A stretch of DNA of 45,129 nucleotides from Oscillospiraceae bacterium (lineage in GTDB: Bacteria > Bacillota > Clostridia > Oscillospirales > Ruminococcaceae), in contig JAIRZL010000016.1 in NCBI GenBank assembly GCA_031267245.1, forward strand, positions 1-45,129, in the 5' to 3' direction. Each line of letters starts with the position of its first letter. The first letter of the stretch is position 1. The translations under genes were made by a program, and so were the position numbers. Shown in pieces: positions 29,694 through 38,658 of this stretch. The notes under the pieces were generated by a model. That model searched no databases. It was not told the origin of the DNA and worked only from the letters and a program-made list of their open reading frames with translations.

Positions 29694-31103
29694 CTATGCT
29701 CCTCTGCGTTCATAAATGGGAAGCAAGATCTCCACTGTTGTGCCTTCGTTTTCAACACTGTCAACATTAAGGTACCCATCATGCAACGCAACCACGCCAT
29801 CTGCCACAGCAAGCCCGATTCCGGACCCTCTCCTTGTGTAGTTGGCCTTAAAGAATCTTGTTTTCACCTGTTTGAGATCCTCCTTTTTGATTCCGCAACC
29901 ATTGTCTGTCACCCTTATTGCAGCATATCTAGCGCCATCTATATTCTCTTCTGCGGCAATAATAGAAACCAACCCATTTGCATCTGTGTACTTAAGGGCA
30001 TTATCCAGAACATTTATTAGAACTTGCTTCAACCGGTTAGCATCGGCCAGAACCAAAACATCATTATGTTCATCGTACTTAAAGACTAATCTTTTCTCTT
30101 CCTTTACTGCACGTTCTTTGAATATCCAAACCGTTTCATTAACCAATCTCAAAAGCTTTATTTCTTTTCGTTCCAGTGTGGTGTTTGTATTCTGGAATTT
30201 AGAAAAATCAAGCAATTCTGCAACCATCCGAGAAAGTCGCTCAGTCTCTGAGGCAATGATCTTCATTCCTTTTTCAAAGGTTTCTAGATCATCATCCAAC
30301 CCACAAACAGTAATGGTCTCTGCCCACCCCATTATGGCAGTTAATGGTGTTCGCAACTCATGCGAAACAGAAGATATAAACTCATTCTTCATGGTCTCTG
30401 TGGCACTAAGCTCTTCTGCCATGTTATTAATCACCGCGCACAAATCACCAATCTCATCGTTGCTACGCTTAACAATCCTTGTTCTAAAATCCCCTTTAGC
30501 AATCTTGTTCGCTGTTCGATTTATTGTCCAGATGGTGTTAACAATTGAATCTGTGAAATATGTGTTCGCAACCACAACAAAAATCAAAACAAGAGCCATG
30601 ATTAAAAACAAAACACCCAAGATCGTACTCATCTCTTTGTTGATCTCGTCTATGAGCACCCAAGCCATAACATAACCATCATCAGGGCCCAAATCATGCT
30701 CAAAAACCATAATCTTTTGCGGCCCCAACATGGTGATATAAACATTATCATCTATCATTGTTTTTTTGTTGCTTAAGCCATACAAAGATTCAAATTCAAA
30801 ACCACTAGACGCGCCTTTAATTTGTTTGTTATCACCCAACAGAAGCAACTCCATTTTGCTGCTTTCTGAGAAATTCCTAATCCATTCAAGCATCTTCTCT
30901 TCGCGGCATCTCTGGCTCTCGGTAGCAATCTGCATAAAAAATCCATCAATAAGGGCAAACTGAGAATCCACAAATTGCTGAACACCACCATAAAAGAAAT
31001 GCTTAACATAAATCGAACAAAAAACAAAAATCGCACCAAGCAAAACCATTGTTGAGATGAGGCTACTGAGCATCCCTTTTCTTGTCATCTTCGCCATCGC
31101 CAA
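29694..31103 (-). CDS. HAMP-domain sensor histidine kinase
   Basis: Two TM segments, HAMP (DEIGDL..INNMA), SVSHELRTPLT, NVLDNALKYT, DNGCGI, GSGIGL. Confidence 0.95.
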   Translation of the reverse strand: MAMAKMTRKGMLSSLISTMVLLGAIFVFCSIYVKHFFYGGVQQFVDSQFALIDGFFMQIATESQRCREEKMLEWIRNFSESSKMELLLLGDNKQIKGASSGFEFESLYGLSNKKTMIDDNVYITMLGPQKIMVFEHDLGPDDGYVMAWVLIDEINKEMSTILGVLFLIMALVLIFVVVANTYFTDSIVNTIWTINRTANKIAKGDFRTRIVKRSNDEIGDLCAVINNMAEELSATETMKNEFISSVSHELRTPLTAIMGWAETITVCGLDDDLETFEKGMKIIASETERLSRMVAELLDFSKFQNTNTTLERKEIKLLRLVNETVWIFKERAVKEEKRLVFKYDEHNDVLVLADANRLKQVLINVLDNALKYTDANGLVSIIAAEENIDGARYAAIRVTDNGCGIKKEDLKQVKTRFFKANYTRRGSGIGLAVADGVVALHDGYLNVDSVENEGTTVEILLPIYERRGA

Positions 31104-31135
31104 ACAGCATCACCTCTGCTCAACCTTCATTTTAA

Positions 31136-31849
31136 TCATGCTCCTTCCCATCTATAACCCACTCCCCAAACAGTAAATATATAAAATGGATTAGATGGCT
31201 CATCTTCTATCTTAACCCTCAATCTACGCACACATACGTCCACAACCTTCTCATCCACCTCAGCACCATTGTCGCAGCTCCACACGCGCTCAACAAGATC
31301 CGCTCTGCTGAAAGCTGTTCGCTTATGCTCCAAAAACAATTTCATCAATTCATATTCCATGGGAGTTAGCTCCAAAACAACCCCATTTTTAGACACGGTC
31401 TTTCTGTTACTATCCAACTCAAACGGCCCCGATTTCAAAAACCTACTTGGCTCACCAACATCGCATTTCTCGCTGCAAGCCGCAATTCGACGAAAAAGCG
31501 CATCCACACGCGCCACCAACTCAGACGGACTAAATGGTTTTGTTAGATAATCGTCTGCACCGGCCATCAATCCACTAACCTTGTCTATTTCCTGCGACTT
31601 TGCAGAAAGCATAATGATGCCTACTGTGCTATCTTTTGCTCTCACATACTTGCAAACCTCCAGGCCGTCTTTTTTAGGCATCATAACATCCAAAATCATT
31701 GCACCAAAACCGGTTTGATCTTGTTCAAACAGATCAATCGCCATCTGTCCATCGCAAGCAGCAACAACATCATATCCAGATCGTTTAAGGTTAACCACAA
31801 TAAATTCGCAGATCACCGCTTCATCTTCTGCGACCAAGATCCTTTCCAC
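31136..31849 (-). CDS. OmpR/PhoB-family response regulator
   Basis: ILVAEDE, LDVMMP, GADDYLTKPF, winged helix VDV..RRLR.KIE..TVWGVGY. Confidence 0.95.
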   Translation of the reverse strand: MERILVAEDEAVICEFIVVNLKRSGYDVVAACDGQMAIDLFEQDQTGFGAMILDVMMPKKDGLEVCKYVRAKDSTVGIIMLSAKSQEIDKVSGLMAGADDYLTKPFSPSELVARVDALFRRIAACSEKCDVGEPSRFLKSGPFELDSNRKTVSKNGVVLELTPMEYELMKLFLEHKRTAFSRADLVERVWSCDNGAEVDEKVVDVCVRRLRVKIEDEPSNPFYIFTVWGVGYRWEGA

Positions 31850-32483
31850 AGACCACCCTCCCTATTGTCGTCTCTTTTAAAACTCGCAACAAGTTTTTGT
31901 CTGCCTTCTGAATATGCAAAAAAATTATCAAGCCAGAAGAAGCAACCAAGAACAAAAATTCAACTGTAAACCTCTTATTCACAGAAGCCCAGATAATATA
32001 GGCCACTGGGGTGCAAAAAGCCGCGTAAATAGAAGCCAACGCCACCACCCTGGTTTTGATTGCAACAAAAATAAACACAGCAACAACTAAAGACAACACA
32101 ATAGGGTTCAAGACCAGCAAGCCACCAACAGCCGTAGCTATCCCTTTACCACCGCGAAACCCAAAAAAAACAGGGAAGCAATGCCCAACAATAACAAAAA
32201 TAAATGGCAAATAATCCAAGGCCACGCCACCCACAATACCGAACCTTGCGTAAAGCGCACGGCCGAGCAATATCGCTAGCGTACTTTTGCCGGCATCCAA
32301 AATAAAGATAACAATCCCCCATTGCAACCCAAAGTTGCGGGTCATATTGGTTGCTCCGGCGTTTCCGCTGCCCAACAAACGAATATCTTTTTTCTTGAAG
32401 GCTCTTGTTACCAAAATAGCCACATTCACGCTGCCACACAAATAAGCAAGCAGCCACGGCAGTGTATATTTTAACGTCAACAA
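31821..32483 (-). CDS. plsY: Glycerol-3-phosphate acyltransferase PlsY
   Basis: YLCGS, DIRLLGSGNAGATNMTR, GHCFPVFFGFRGGKGIAT; follows der; start uncertain (TTG at 32483 chosen). Confidence 0.92.
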   Translation of the reverse strand: MLTLKYTLPWLLAYLCGSVNVAILVTRAFKKKDIRLLGSGNAGATNMTRNFGLQWGIVIFILDAGKSTLAILLGRALYARFGIVGGVALDYLPFIFVIVGHCFPVFFGFRGGKGIATAVGGLLVLNPIVLSLVVAVFIFVAIKTRVVALASIYAAFCTPVAYIIWASVNKRFTVEFLFLVASSGLIIFLHIQKADKNLLRVLKETTIGRVVCGKDLGRRR

Positions 32484-32490
32484 GATAATT

Positions 32491-33825
32491 TCACTTCCTT
32501 CCCGTTCTCGTTCTTTCGCGCACAACAAAACGAATGGGCGGAAATTTCAGGTCAAACACCTCTCTAATCTGATTTTCCAGATACCTTTCATATGAGAAAT
32601 GCAACAACTCCCGATTGTTTACAAACAAGACAAAAGTTGGAGGTTTAACGCCAATCTGCGTGATGTAATATATCTTTAATGGCTTCCCTTTGCGAGAGGG
32701 TGGTTGCGCTTTTTCTATGGCTTCGGCAAGCATAACATTCAGCGCACCGGTTGTCAACCTTCTTGAGGTTTGTTCAAACACTTGTTTAATTTCAACAAAC
32801 AAATGGCCAATTCCAAGCCCTGTTTTCGCAGAAACAAAACAGCATGTCAGATGAGGTATGAACGAAAAAATAGCATGCAGTTTGCTCTTGTAGCAAGTGG
32901 TTGTGTTCTCTGTTTTATTAACCAAATCCCACTTGTTGATCACCGCAATCAATGCTTTTCCTTGCTCGTGAGCGTAACCAACAATCTTTGAATCCTGCTC
33001 AGATGGCCCTTCCTGCGCATCGATTAACATCAGGCAAACATCTGCATTGTTTATGGATTTAAGGGCCCGGCGCACACTAAAATATTCCAGATCTTCCCCT
33101 ACCTTACCCCGCTTTCTAAGCCCTGCCGTATCAACAAAAACAAAGCTACCCTCTTCGTTTTCAATTAAAGTATCTGTTGAATCTCTCGTTGTGCCAGCAA
33201 TTTCAGAAACCAACACTTGATCTTTTTTGGCAATGCAATTAACCAATGACGATTTCCCAACGTTCGGCTTCCCAATTACCGCAACCCGCAAAACATCTGC
33301 TGCCCGCACGCTCGCGTCATTCTCAAATTCAACATTGCTCCAAACAAGGTCAAGAAGCTCCCCAATCCCATGACCGTGAATAGAAGAGATCTCGATTAAA
33401 TTGTTGAACCCCAAAGAATAGAATTCATAAAATTCAGGCTCTGGCGCCCCCAAAAAATCGCATTTATTCACAGCCACAACAACCGACTTCGTTGTTTTTT
33501 TTAGCAACCCAGCTATCTCCAGGTCATCATTCGTTACGCCAATCTTAAGATCCACAACAAGAATAACCGCATCTGCCTCTTCAACAGCCAACATCACCTG
33601 CTGCCTAACCTTGCCCTTCAGCAATTCCTCTGGATGCACCTCCAAGCCACCTGTGTCAACCACCGAAATATTCTTACCACGCCAACTACAATCACCATAA
33701 ATCCGGTCCCGCGTTACTCCCGGCATATCTAAGGTAATTGCCTTATTTCGCCCAACAAGCCTGTTAAACAATGAAGATTTTCCAACATTAGGCCTACCAA
33801 CGATTGCGACTACCGGAACTGCCAT
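32491..33825 (-). CDS. der: Ribosome biogenesis GTPase Der (EngA)
   Basis: Two G-domains (GRPNVGKSS / GKPNVGKSS, DTGG / DTAG, NKCD / NKWD) plus KH-like C-terminus. Confidence 0.97.
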   Translation of the reverse strand: MAVPVVAIVGRPNVGKSSLFNRLVGRNKAITLDMPGVTRDRIYGDCSWRGKNISVVDTGGLEVHPEELLKGKVRQQVMLAVEEADAVILVVDLKIGVTNDDLEIAGLLKKTTKSVVVAVNKCDFLGAPEPEFYEFYSLGFNNLIEISSIHGHGIGELLDLVWSNVEFENDASVRAADVLRVAVIGKPNVGKSSLVNCIAKKDQVLVSEIAGTTRDSTDTLIENEEGSFVFVDTAGLRKRGKVGEDLEYFSVRRALKSINNADVCLMLIDAQEGPSEQDSKIVGYAHEQGKALIAVINKWDLVNKTENTTTCYKSKLHAIFSFIPHLTCCFVSAKTGLGIGHLFVEIKQVFEQTSRRLTTGALNVMLAEAIEKAQPPSRKGKPLKIYYITQIGVKPPTFVLFVNNRELLHFSYERYLENQIREVFDLKFPPIRFVVRERTRTGRK

Positions 33826-33947
33826 AGCTTATTACCTCGCGAACCAATTTTAATTAAATAACAAAACAAATAAATTCAAACACGACTTAAATTATAACAT
33901 GAATCACAGTCCTTCACAATATTCATCTTTAATACCGGTTTCTTAAC

Positions 33948-34337
33948 AACAGAAGGCCTGGCTCTTGCATGAATATGGCTGCAGCGGCACGCTGCCCTAA
34001 GCAATGGTTCCCTAAAAACATAAGGCCTGGCTTTTGCTTGAAGTCTGGGCGCAGCGGCTCGCGGCCCCAGGCGAACGCTTACAAGAAACAGAAGGTCTTG
34101 CTCTTGCATGATTATGGTGTAGCGTCATGCTACCCTAAGCTAAGGTTTCCAAAACAGAAGGTCTGGCTCTTGCTTGAATATGGCTGCAGCGGTACGCTGC
34201 TGTAAGCAAAGGGTTCCTGAAAACAGAAGGTCTTGCCCTTGCATGAAGTTTGCCTGCAGCGGCACGCTGCCCTAAACGATGGTTTCCTAGAAACAGAAGG
34301 CCTTGCCTTTGTCTGAATATGGTGCGGTACGCTGCTA
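33948..34337. repeat. Six-unit degenerate tandem repeat (66-70 bp) with an internal GC hairpin
   Basis: Units start aaca(g/t)aagg at 33948, 34017, 34087, 34153, 34222 and 34292; core gcagcg-gca-cgctgc. Confidence 0.9.
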
Positions 34338-34400
34338 GAAATGCCATTGGGGTAACTGGCGGCGTCTATGGCCACCAATTACCCCAACACAAACGAGCCC

Positions 34401-34709
34401 TTAAATACCCAGCTCAAGCACATATTTGAGTAACTGCTTTATCTTCACTTTGGCGGATTTGATATGCCGCGAAACCGTTGATTTATTTAAAGATTTTAAG
34501 GCAGCAATCTGCGGGATTTTCTTGTTGTCAAAGAAATAAAGCTTTACAACCTCTTTTTGCTTCACCGTCAGATCGTTTTCAATCACCTTCAATATGATCT
34601 TTTTCAAACGTTTAATGAGTTGTAGATTCGTTTCACCGTTTTCCTCTAGCGATTTCATGTATGCGATCTGGTTAAGCCAAACGTCATCGTAAAACGAAAT
34701 AGACGGCAT
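34401..34709 (-). CDS. Sigma-70 region-4-like HTH protein
   Basis: LTVKQKEVVKLYFFDNKKIPQIAALKSLNKSTVSRHIKSAK; RBS GGAGG before the ATG at 34709. Confidence 0.8.
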   Translation of the reverse strand: MPSISFYDDVWLNQIAYMKSLEENGETNLQLIKRLKKIILKVIENDLTVKQKEVVKLYFFDNKKIPQIAALKSLNKSTVSRHIKSAKVKIKQLLKYVLELGI

Positions 34710-34711
34710 TT

Positions 34712-34936
34712 TTAGCCCTCCGATCCATTTCTTTTGCAATAGGCATCAATGCTGTTTGCCGTTTTTAAAAGCGCCCTTATCTCATCATAAAGGCAAACAA
34801 TACGCCTTTTTAGTTTCGTTTGCTCCTTTTTGCAGGCTGTTTTGTATTCCTGGGTAAGCTCAACAACCCGATCATGCAGACTTCCCGCAGCCGCTCGATA
34901 TTCATCCTTCAGTTTTGCTATAGTCATAGCGCGCAT
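34712..34936 (-). CDS. Small helical hypothetical protein
   Basis: 74 aa, RBS GAGGA, lies immediately upstream of the HTH gene. Confidence 0.6.
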   Translation of the reverse strand: MRAMTIAKLKDEYRAAAGSLHDRVVELTQEYKTACKKEQTKLKRRIVCLYDEIRALLKTANSIDAYCKRNGSEG

Positions 34937-34979
34937 CCTATCCTCTCATTTAAATTTAAACTTCGTTGAACAGTTACTG

Positions 34980-35168
34980 AGCATAACACATATCGTGTGA
35001 TATGTCAACACATTTTGAGTACAATCGATTCTATGCGTGCATTTGCGGGCATAATTTTATGGGAAACAACCAACAAGCGGCGTTTTTGCGTTGCGGAATA
35101 CCACAAATCAGCAACAACCACCATGTTGCAACAGGCGCTTTTTGTATGGTACAATACACTAAATGTGC
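34980..35168. promoter_or_regulatory. Divergent promoters with repeated ACAC-N5-G(T/A)G(T/C) operator-like sites
   Basis: Minus strand TTGACA (35003-35008)-17-TATGCT (34980-34985); plus strand TTGCAA (35126-35131)-18-TACAAT (35150-35155); sites at 34986, 35008 and 35156. Confidence 0.6.
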
Positions 35169-35201
35169 GTGAGTCCAACAATTGAAGGAATGTGAAGCAG
35201 G

Positions 35202-35570
35202 ATGGTGGAAAAAAAACTAAAACACTTAAGGCAGCAATGCGGGATGACACAACGTCAATTGGCCGACGAACTTGGCATTTCTTCGAGCGCCGTTGGGATG
35301 TATGAACAAGGCAGAAGAGAACCTGATTACAAAACTCTTCTTGCTATCTGCCGCCTTTTTGGCACCTCGGCAGATTACCTTTTGCGGGAAGAAGATGGAA
35401 ATCAGGCCAACAACAAAGAATTTGCAACAATTATAAAAGGGTTTGAACGCACATTGCTTGAGCAAGAAGGGCTGATGTTCAACGGCGTCTTGCTTGAAAA
35501 AAATGAAGTCGAAAAGGTGGTAAATGCCATGAAGATAGGGATTGAATTGGCGTTAAACCACAAAAATTAA
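35202..35570 (+). CDS. XRE-family HTH repressor (ImmR/CI-like)
   Basis: LKHLRQQCGMTQRQLADELGISSSAVGMYEQGRREPD...SADYLL. Confidence 0.92.
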   Translation: MVEKKLKHLRQQCGMTQRQLADELGISSSAVGMYEQGRREPDYKTLLAICRLFGTSADYLLREEDGNQANNKEFATIIKGFERTLLEQEGLMFNGVLLEKNEVEKVVNAMKIGIELALNHKN

Positions 35571-35635
35571 AAAACCACAAAAAACCCACTTTGTGTTGTT
35601 TTATTTTATAAGGAGGATTAGTTGAAGAGGAGGTC

Positions 35636-36052
35636 ATGTTTTTGAACAAGATCAAACAATTGGTGAAAGGACTTGTTCAAAAACACGGGACGAATGATCC
35701 ATGGGACCTGTGCGAAAAGCTAAAAGTAATTGTTTTGGTTGCCGATCTGCCCACCAATATTCACGGCTTCTACCACTGTATCAACAAGCAGCAAATTATC
35801 CATATAAGCAGATGGATTAGCAATTCACAGATGAAAATGGTCTGCGCTCACGAGCTTGGGCATGTGATTCTTCATGGGCACAGAAACATGTACACAGTGG
35901 AGCATACGGCAACATTGGAACAAGAAGCAGAAGAATTCAAATTCTGGCTGCTAAACCTAAGAGGTTTAAGCACTGAGTTCCCCACATTCGACCCTGTCGA
36001 GATAGCACAATTCGCCAATCTGCCACCAGAAGCGCTCATCCTTGATTTTTGA
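35636..36052 (+). CDS. ImmA/IrrE-family metallo-endopeptidase
   Basis: TNDP..LC, CAHELGHVILH zinc motif, EQEAEEF; adjacent to the XRE gene. Confidence 0.9.
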   Translation: MFLNKIKQLVKGLVQKHGTNDPWDLCEKLKVIVLVADLPTNIHGFYHCINKQQIIHISRWISNSQMKMVCAHELGHVILHGHRNMYTVEHTATLEQEAEEFKFWLLNLRGLSTEFPTFDPVEIAQFANLPPEALILDF

Positions 36053-36084
36053 CCTAACTATCCACAAATACTAAACTCGCCGGT

Positions 36085-36363
36085 AGATTTAAAACTCCAG
36101 GAAAGCTTTTCTACTCTCACAACAGTTTCGCTGCAAAGATCTTGCCGGGGCGAGATTATCAATCTGGGCGTAGCGCACCGCTGGCTGACATTAGGGCGTT
36201 GCATAATAAGCTAGGGGAAATCGTCGTAATGGAAAGCACACATAACAGGTGGTGGCCAACGGGATCAAACCAGATTTAAAACACCAACGGAAAGCTTTTC
36301 TACTCTCACAACAGTTTCGTTGCAAAGAACTTGCTGGGGTGAGATTGCCAATCTGGGCACAGC
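36085..36363. repeat. Two ~90-bp direct repeats (36085-36174 and 36272-36363)
   Basis: Shared agatttaaaa..ggaaagcttttctactctcacaacagtttcg.tgcaaaga..ttgc.gggg.gagatt..caatctgggc. Confidence 0.85.
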
Positions 36364-36430
36364 CAGATTGGGGTTTTGTGAGAAACAGATCTGCAATTCA
36401 AAGTTTGAGAAATTTTTAGGAGGCATGCAG

Positions 36431-37186
36431 ATGCAGAAGCATTTTCGCCGATTTGGGGTCAGCAACTGCGAACAGCTTGTTGTTAGTAGGCCCAGAATAT
36501 CCACAACCCAGAAGCCAAAAATAATCTTAATTGCGATTTCAAAGCTTATGTTATGCCTCATTTTGTGCAGCGTGCTCACAGCATGCCGCCGCGGTTTAAA
36601 AAGCGAAAAAGAAGCAACACCAACGGAAAAAGCAACCAGCACCTCAACCTCTCAGGAGAAACCTTCCAGCACCTGGGAGCCAGAAGAACTGTGGAACGGC
36701 CAGATAAAGGACCTATCTGAAACCAATGTTCCTCCAGATTTCCTCACCAACAAACTATACATTCTACTTGCTACCGCATACAAGCAACTTGCCTCACCAT
36801 TGGGTTTGTTTTACGACGGCAACAATTGCGCAACATCAGAAACCGATGTTCAGCTTTGGGCAAAACGGCTCTTTGGCATTGACAATTTCGATTACAGGGA
36901 ATCCAACAAGTACAACCCAGAAACCCAAAATTATGAATTTGCCGAATGCCCAGGTAACGCCGTTGTTTGTAGGTCATACAAAAACAAAACTTTAGAAAAA
37001 ACGGCTGACAACCAGTGGAAATTTTCAGTTGACGTGTTCGAAGAAAATCAACCAGAAGAAGAACCAGTTGACACTGGCACCAGGGAAACATATGTAGTTG
37101 AAGGAAAAGATGAGACATTCAGGTTAGTCTCAGTGAAACGTCAGCGAATTCCAGAAGAAGGGCACACAGATGAAGCAAAATCTTGA
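36431..37186 (+). CDS. Putative lipoprotein
   Basis: RBS AGGAGG before the ATG at 36431; hydrophobic stretch ending in lipobox LTAC, then an S/T/E/K-rich linker. Confidence 0.65.
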   Translation: MQKHFRRFGVSNCEQLVVSRPRISTTQKPKIILIAISKLMLCLILCSVLTACRRGLKSEKEATPTEKATSTSTSQEKPSSTWEPEELWNGQIKDLSETNVPPDFLTNKLYILLATAYKQLASPLGLFYDGNNCATSETDVQLWAKRLFGIDNFDYRESNKYNPETQNYEFAECPGNAVVCRSYKNKTLEKTADNQWKFSVDVFEENQPEEEPVDTGTRETYVVEGKDETFRLVSVKRQRIPEEGHTDEAKS

Positions 37187-37445
37187 AGAGCTGAGACAAC
37201 AAATCGATAAATTGGATGAAAAGATAACCAGCCTTCTCTCCAAACGATTCGACACACTTAAACTAATCGCCGAATCAAAATTCAAAAACAACATAACCGT
37301 GATCAAGCAGCCGCAAAGAGAACAAGAGGTGTTGGCCCGCATTAATCTTAGTCATCACACATATATCCGCGCTGTTTACTCACATCTATTTTGCATCTCG
37401 TGCAATTTTCAGGAGGATATTATCAAGCAACTTGGAGGTGGATAG
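37170..37445 (+). CDS. Chorismate mutase (AroQ-type)
   Basis: LEELRQQIDKLDEKITSLLSKR...IAESK...QPQREQEVL. Confidence 0.8.
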   Translation: MKQNLEELRQQIDKLDEKITSLLSKRFDTLKLIAESKFKNNITVIKQPQREQEVLARINLSHHTYIRAVYSHLFCISCNFQEDIIKQLGGG

Positions 37446-38588
37446 ATGCTGCAGCTTGACGATTTGAAACAAAAATACGGCAATGTCAAGGTCCAGATGA
37501 TCGAATTGCGCGACCATATTAAAGATGAGCCTTTGCGAAACAACCTGAAAACACGCGAAGAACAGATCCTTAAAGAAGGGTTTTGGGATGACAAATCCAA
37601 CTCAAAGAAAGTTCTTTCTGAGATCAAGGCTCTAAAATCAAAGATAACAACCTTAGAGAATCTGCAAGAAGCAGACGACGAACTGGAGATTATGTTCGAA
37701 TTCGCAAAAGAGGAGCACACAGAAGCAACGTTAACAGAACTTTCTGCCAAGTTAACAGTCTTTGAGAAGGATGTAACCACCTTTAAATTAGAAACCCTGT
37801 TAACCGAAAAATACGATCAACACAATGCAATCTTAACCTTCCACGCAGGAGCCGGCGGAACCGAAGCTGAAGATTGGGTGCAGATGCTTTATCGAATGTA
37901 TTCCATGTGGTGTGCGGACCACCAATTCAGCATTAAGGTACTTGGTTGCCTTGCAGGTAGTGAATGTGGGATTAAAAGCGCATCTATGCTGGTTCACGGG
38001 GAGAACGCTTACGGTTTTTTGAAATCAGAAATGGGAGTGCACCGCCTTGTTAGGATCTCTCCATTCGATGCGTCTGGCCGACGGCACACATCATTTGCAT
38101 CCCTTGAGGTGATCCCTGAACTAGACGAAAGTTGTGAGGTGAAAATTGACGAGAAAGATCTTAAGATAGATACATTTAGAGCCAGCGGCGCCGGCGGGCA
38201 GCATGTTAACAAAACCGAATCGGCGGTTAGGATAACCCATCTCAAAACAGGTATTGTTACTTTTTGTCAGAACGAACGTAGCCAGCACCAAAACAAAGAA
38301 ACGGCAATGAAGTTATTAATTGCAAAACTGATACAGATCAAAGAAAAAGAGCAGCTTGAGCATATTGAGGATATTAAAGGCAAGCAATCGGAAATTGCAT
38401 GGGGCTCACAAATCCGGTCTTATGTGTTTATGCCATACACATTGGTTAAAGATCACAGAACCGGCTTTGAAACCGGCTCCGTATCTGCAGTGATGGATGG
38501 CAACCTAGATGGTTTTATAATGGCGTATTTAAAGAAACTGCCAGCAAGTGGCTTGCTCCTAACCTGTAGCAATGTGGATTCAACTTAA
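37446..38588 (+). CDS. prfB: Peptide chain release factor 2
   Basis: GAGGTEAEDW, GVHRLVRISPFD (SPF motif), GAGGQHVNKT, WGSQIRSYV. Confidence 0.97.
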   Translation: MLQLDDLKQKYGNVKVQMIELRDHIKDEPLRNNLKTREEQILKEGFWDDKSNSKKVLSEIKALKSKITTLENLQEADDELEIMFEFAKEEHTEATLTELSAKLTVFEKDVTTFKLETLLTEKYDQHNAILTFHAGAGGTEAEDWVQMLYRMYSMWCADHQFSIKVLGCLAGSECGIKSASMLVHGENAYGFLKSEMGVHRLVRISPFDASGRRHTSFASLEVIPELDESCEVKIDEKDLKIDTFRASGAGGQHVNKTESAVRITHLKTGIVTFCQNERSQHQNKETAMKLLIAKLIQIKEKEQLEHIEDIKGKQSEIAWGSQIRSYVFMPYTLVKDHRTGFETGSVSAVMDGNLDGFIMAYLKKLPASGLLLTCSNVDST

Positions 38589-38658
38589 AATATAATTTCA
38601 GATTCTGCGAGAAAACAATCGCGCCGCTCCCCAAATGAAAACAAGAAAGGTGAATTTA

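Noticed and set aside
29040-30675. Long plus-strand ORFs 29040..30020 and 29842..30675
   Set aside because: Antisense shadows of secDF and the histidine kinase; no recognisable motifs
33948-34337. 66-70 bp periodic array as CRISPR
   Set aside because: Units are homologous along their whole length, so there are no unique spacers; repeats are degenerate and no cas genes are nearby
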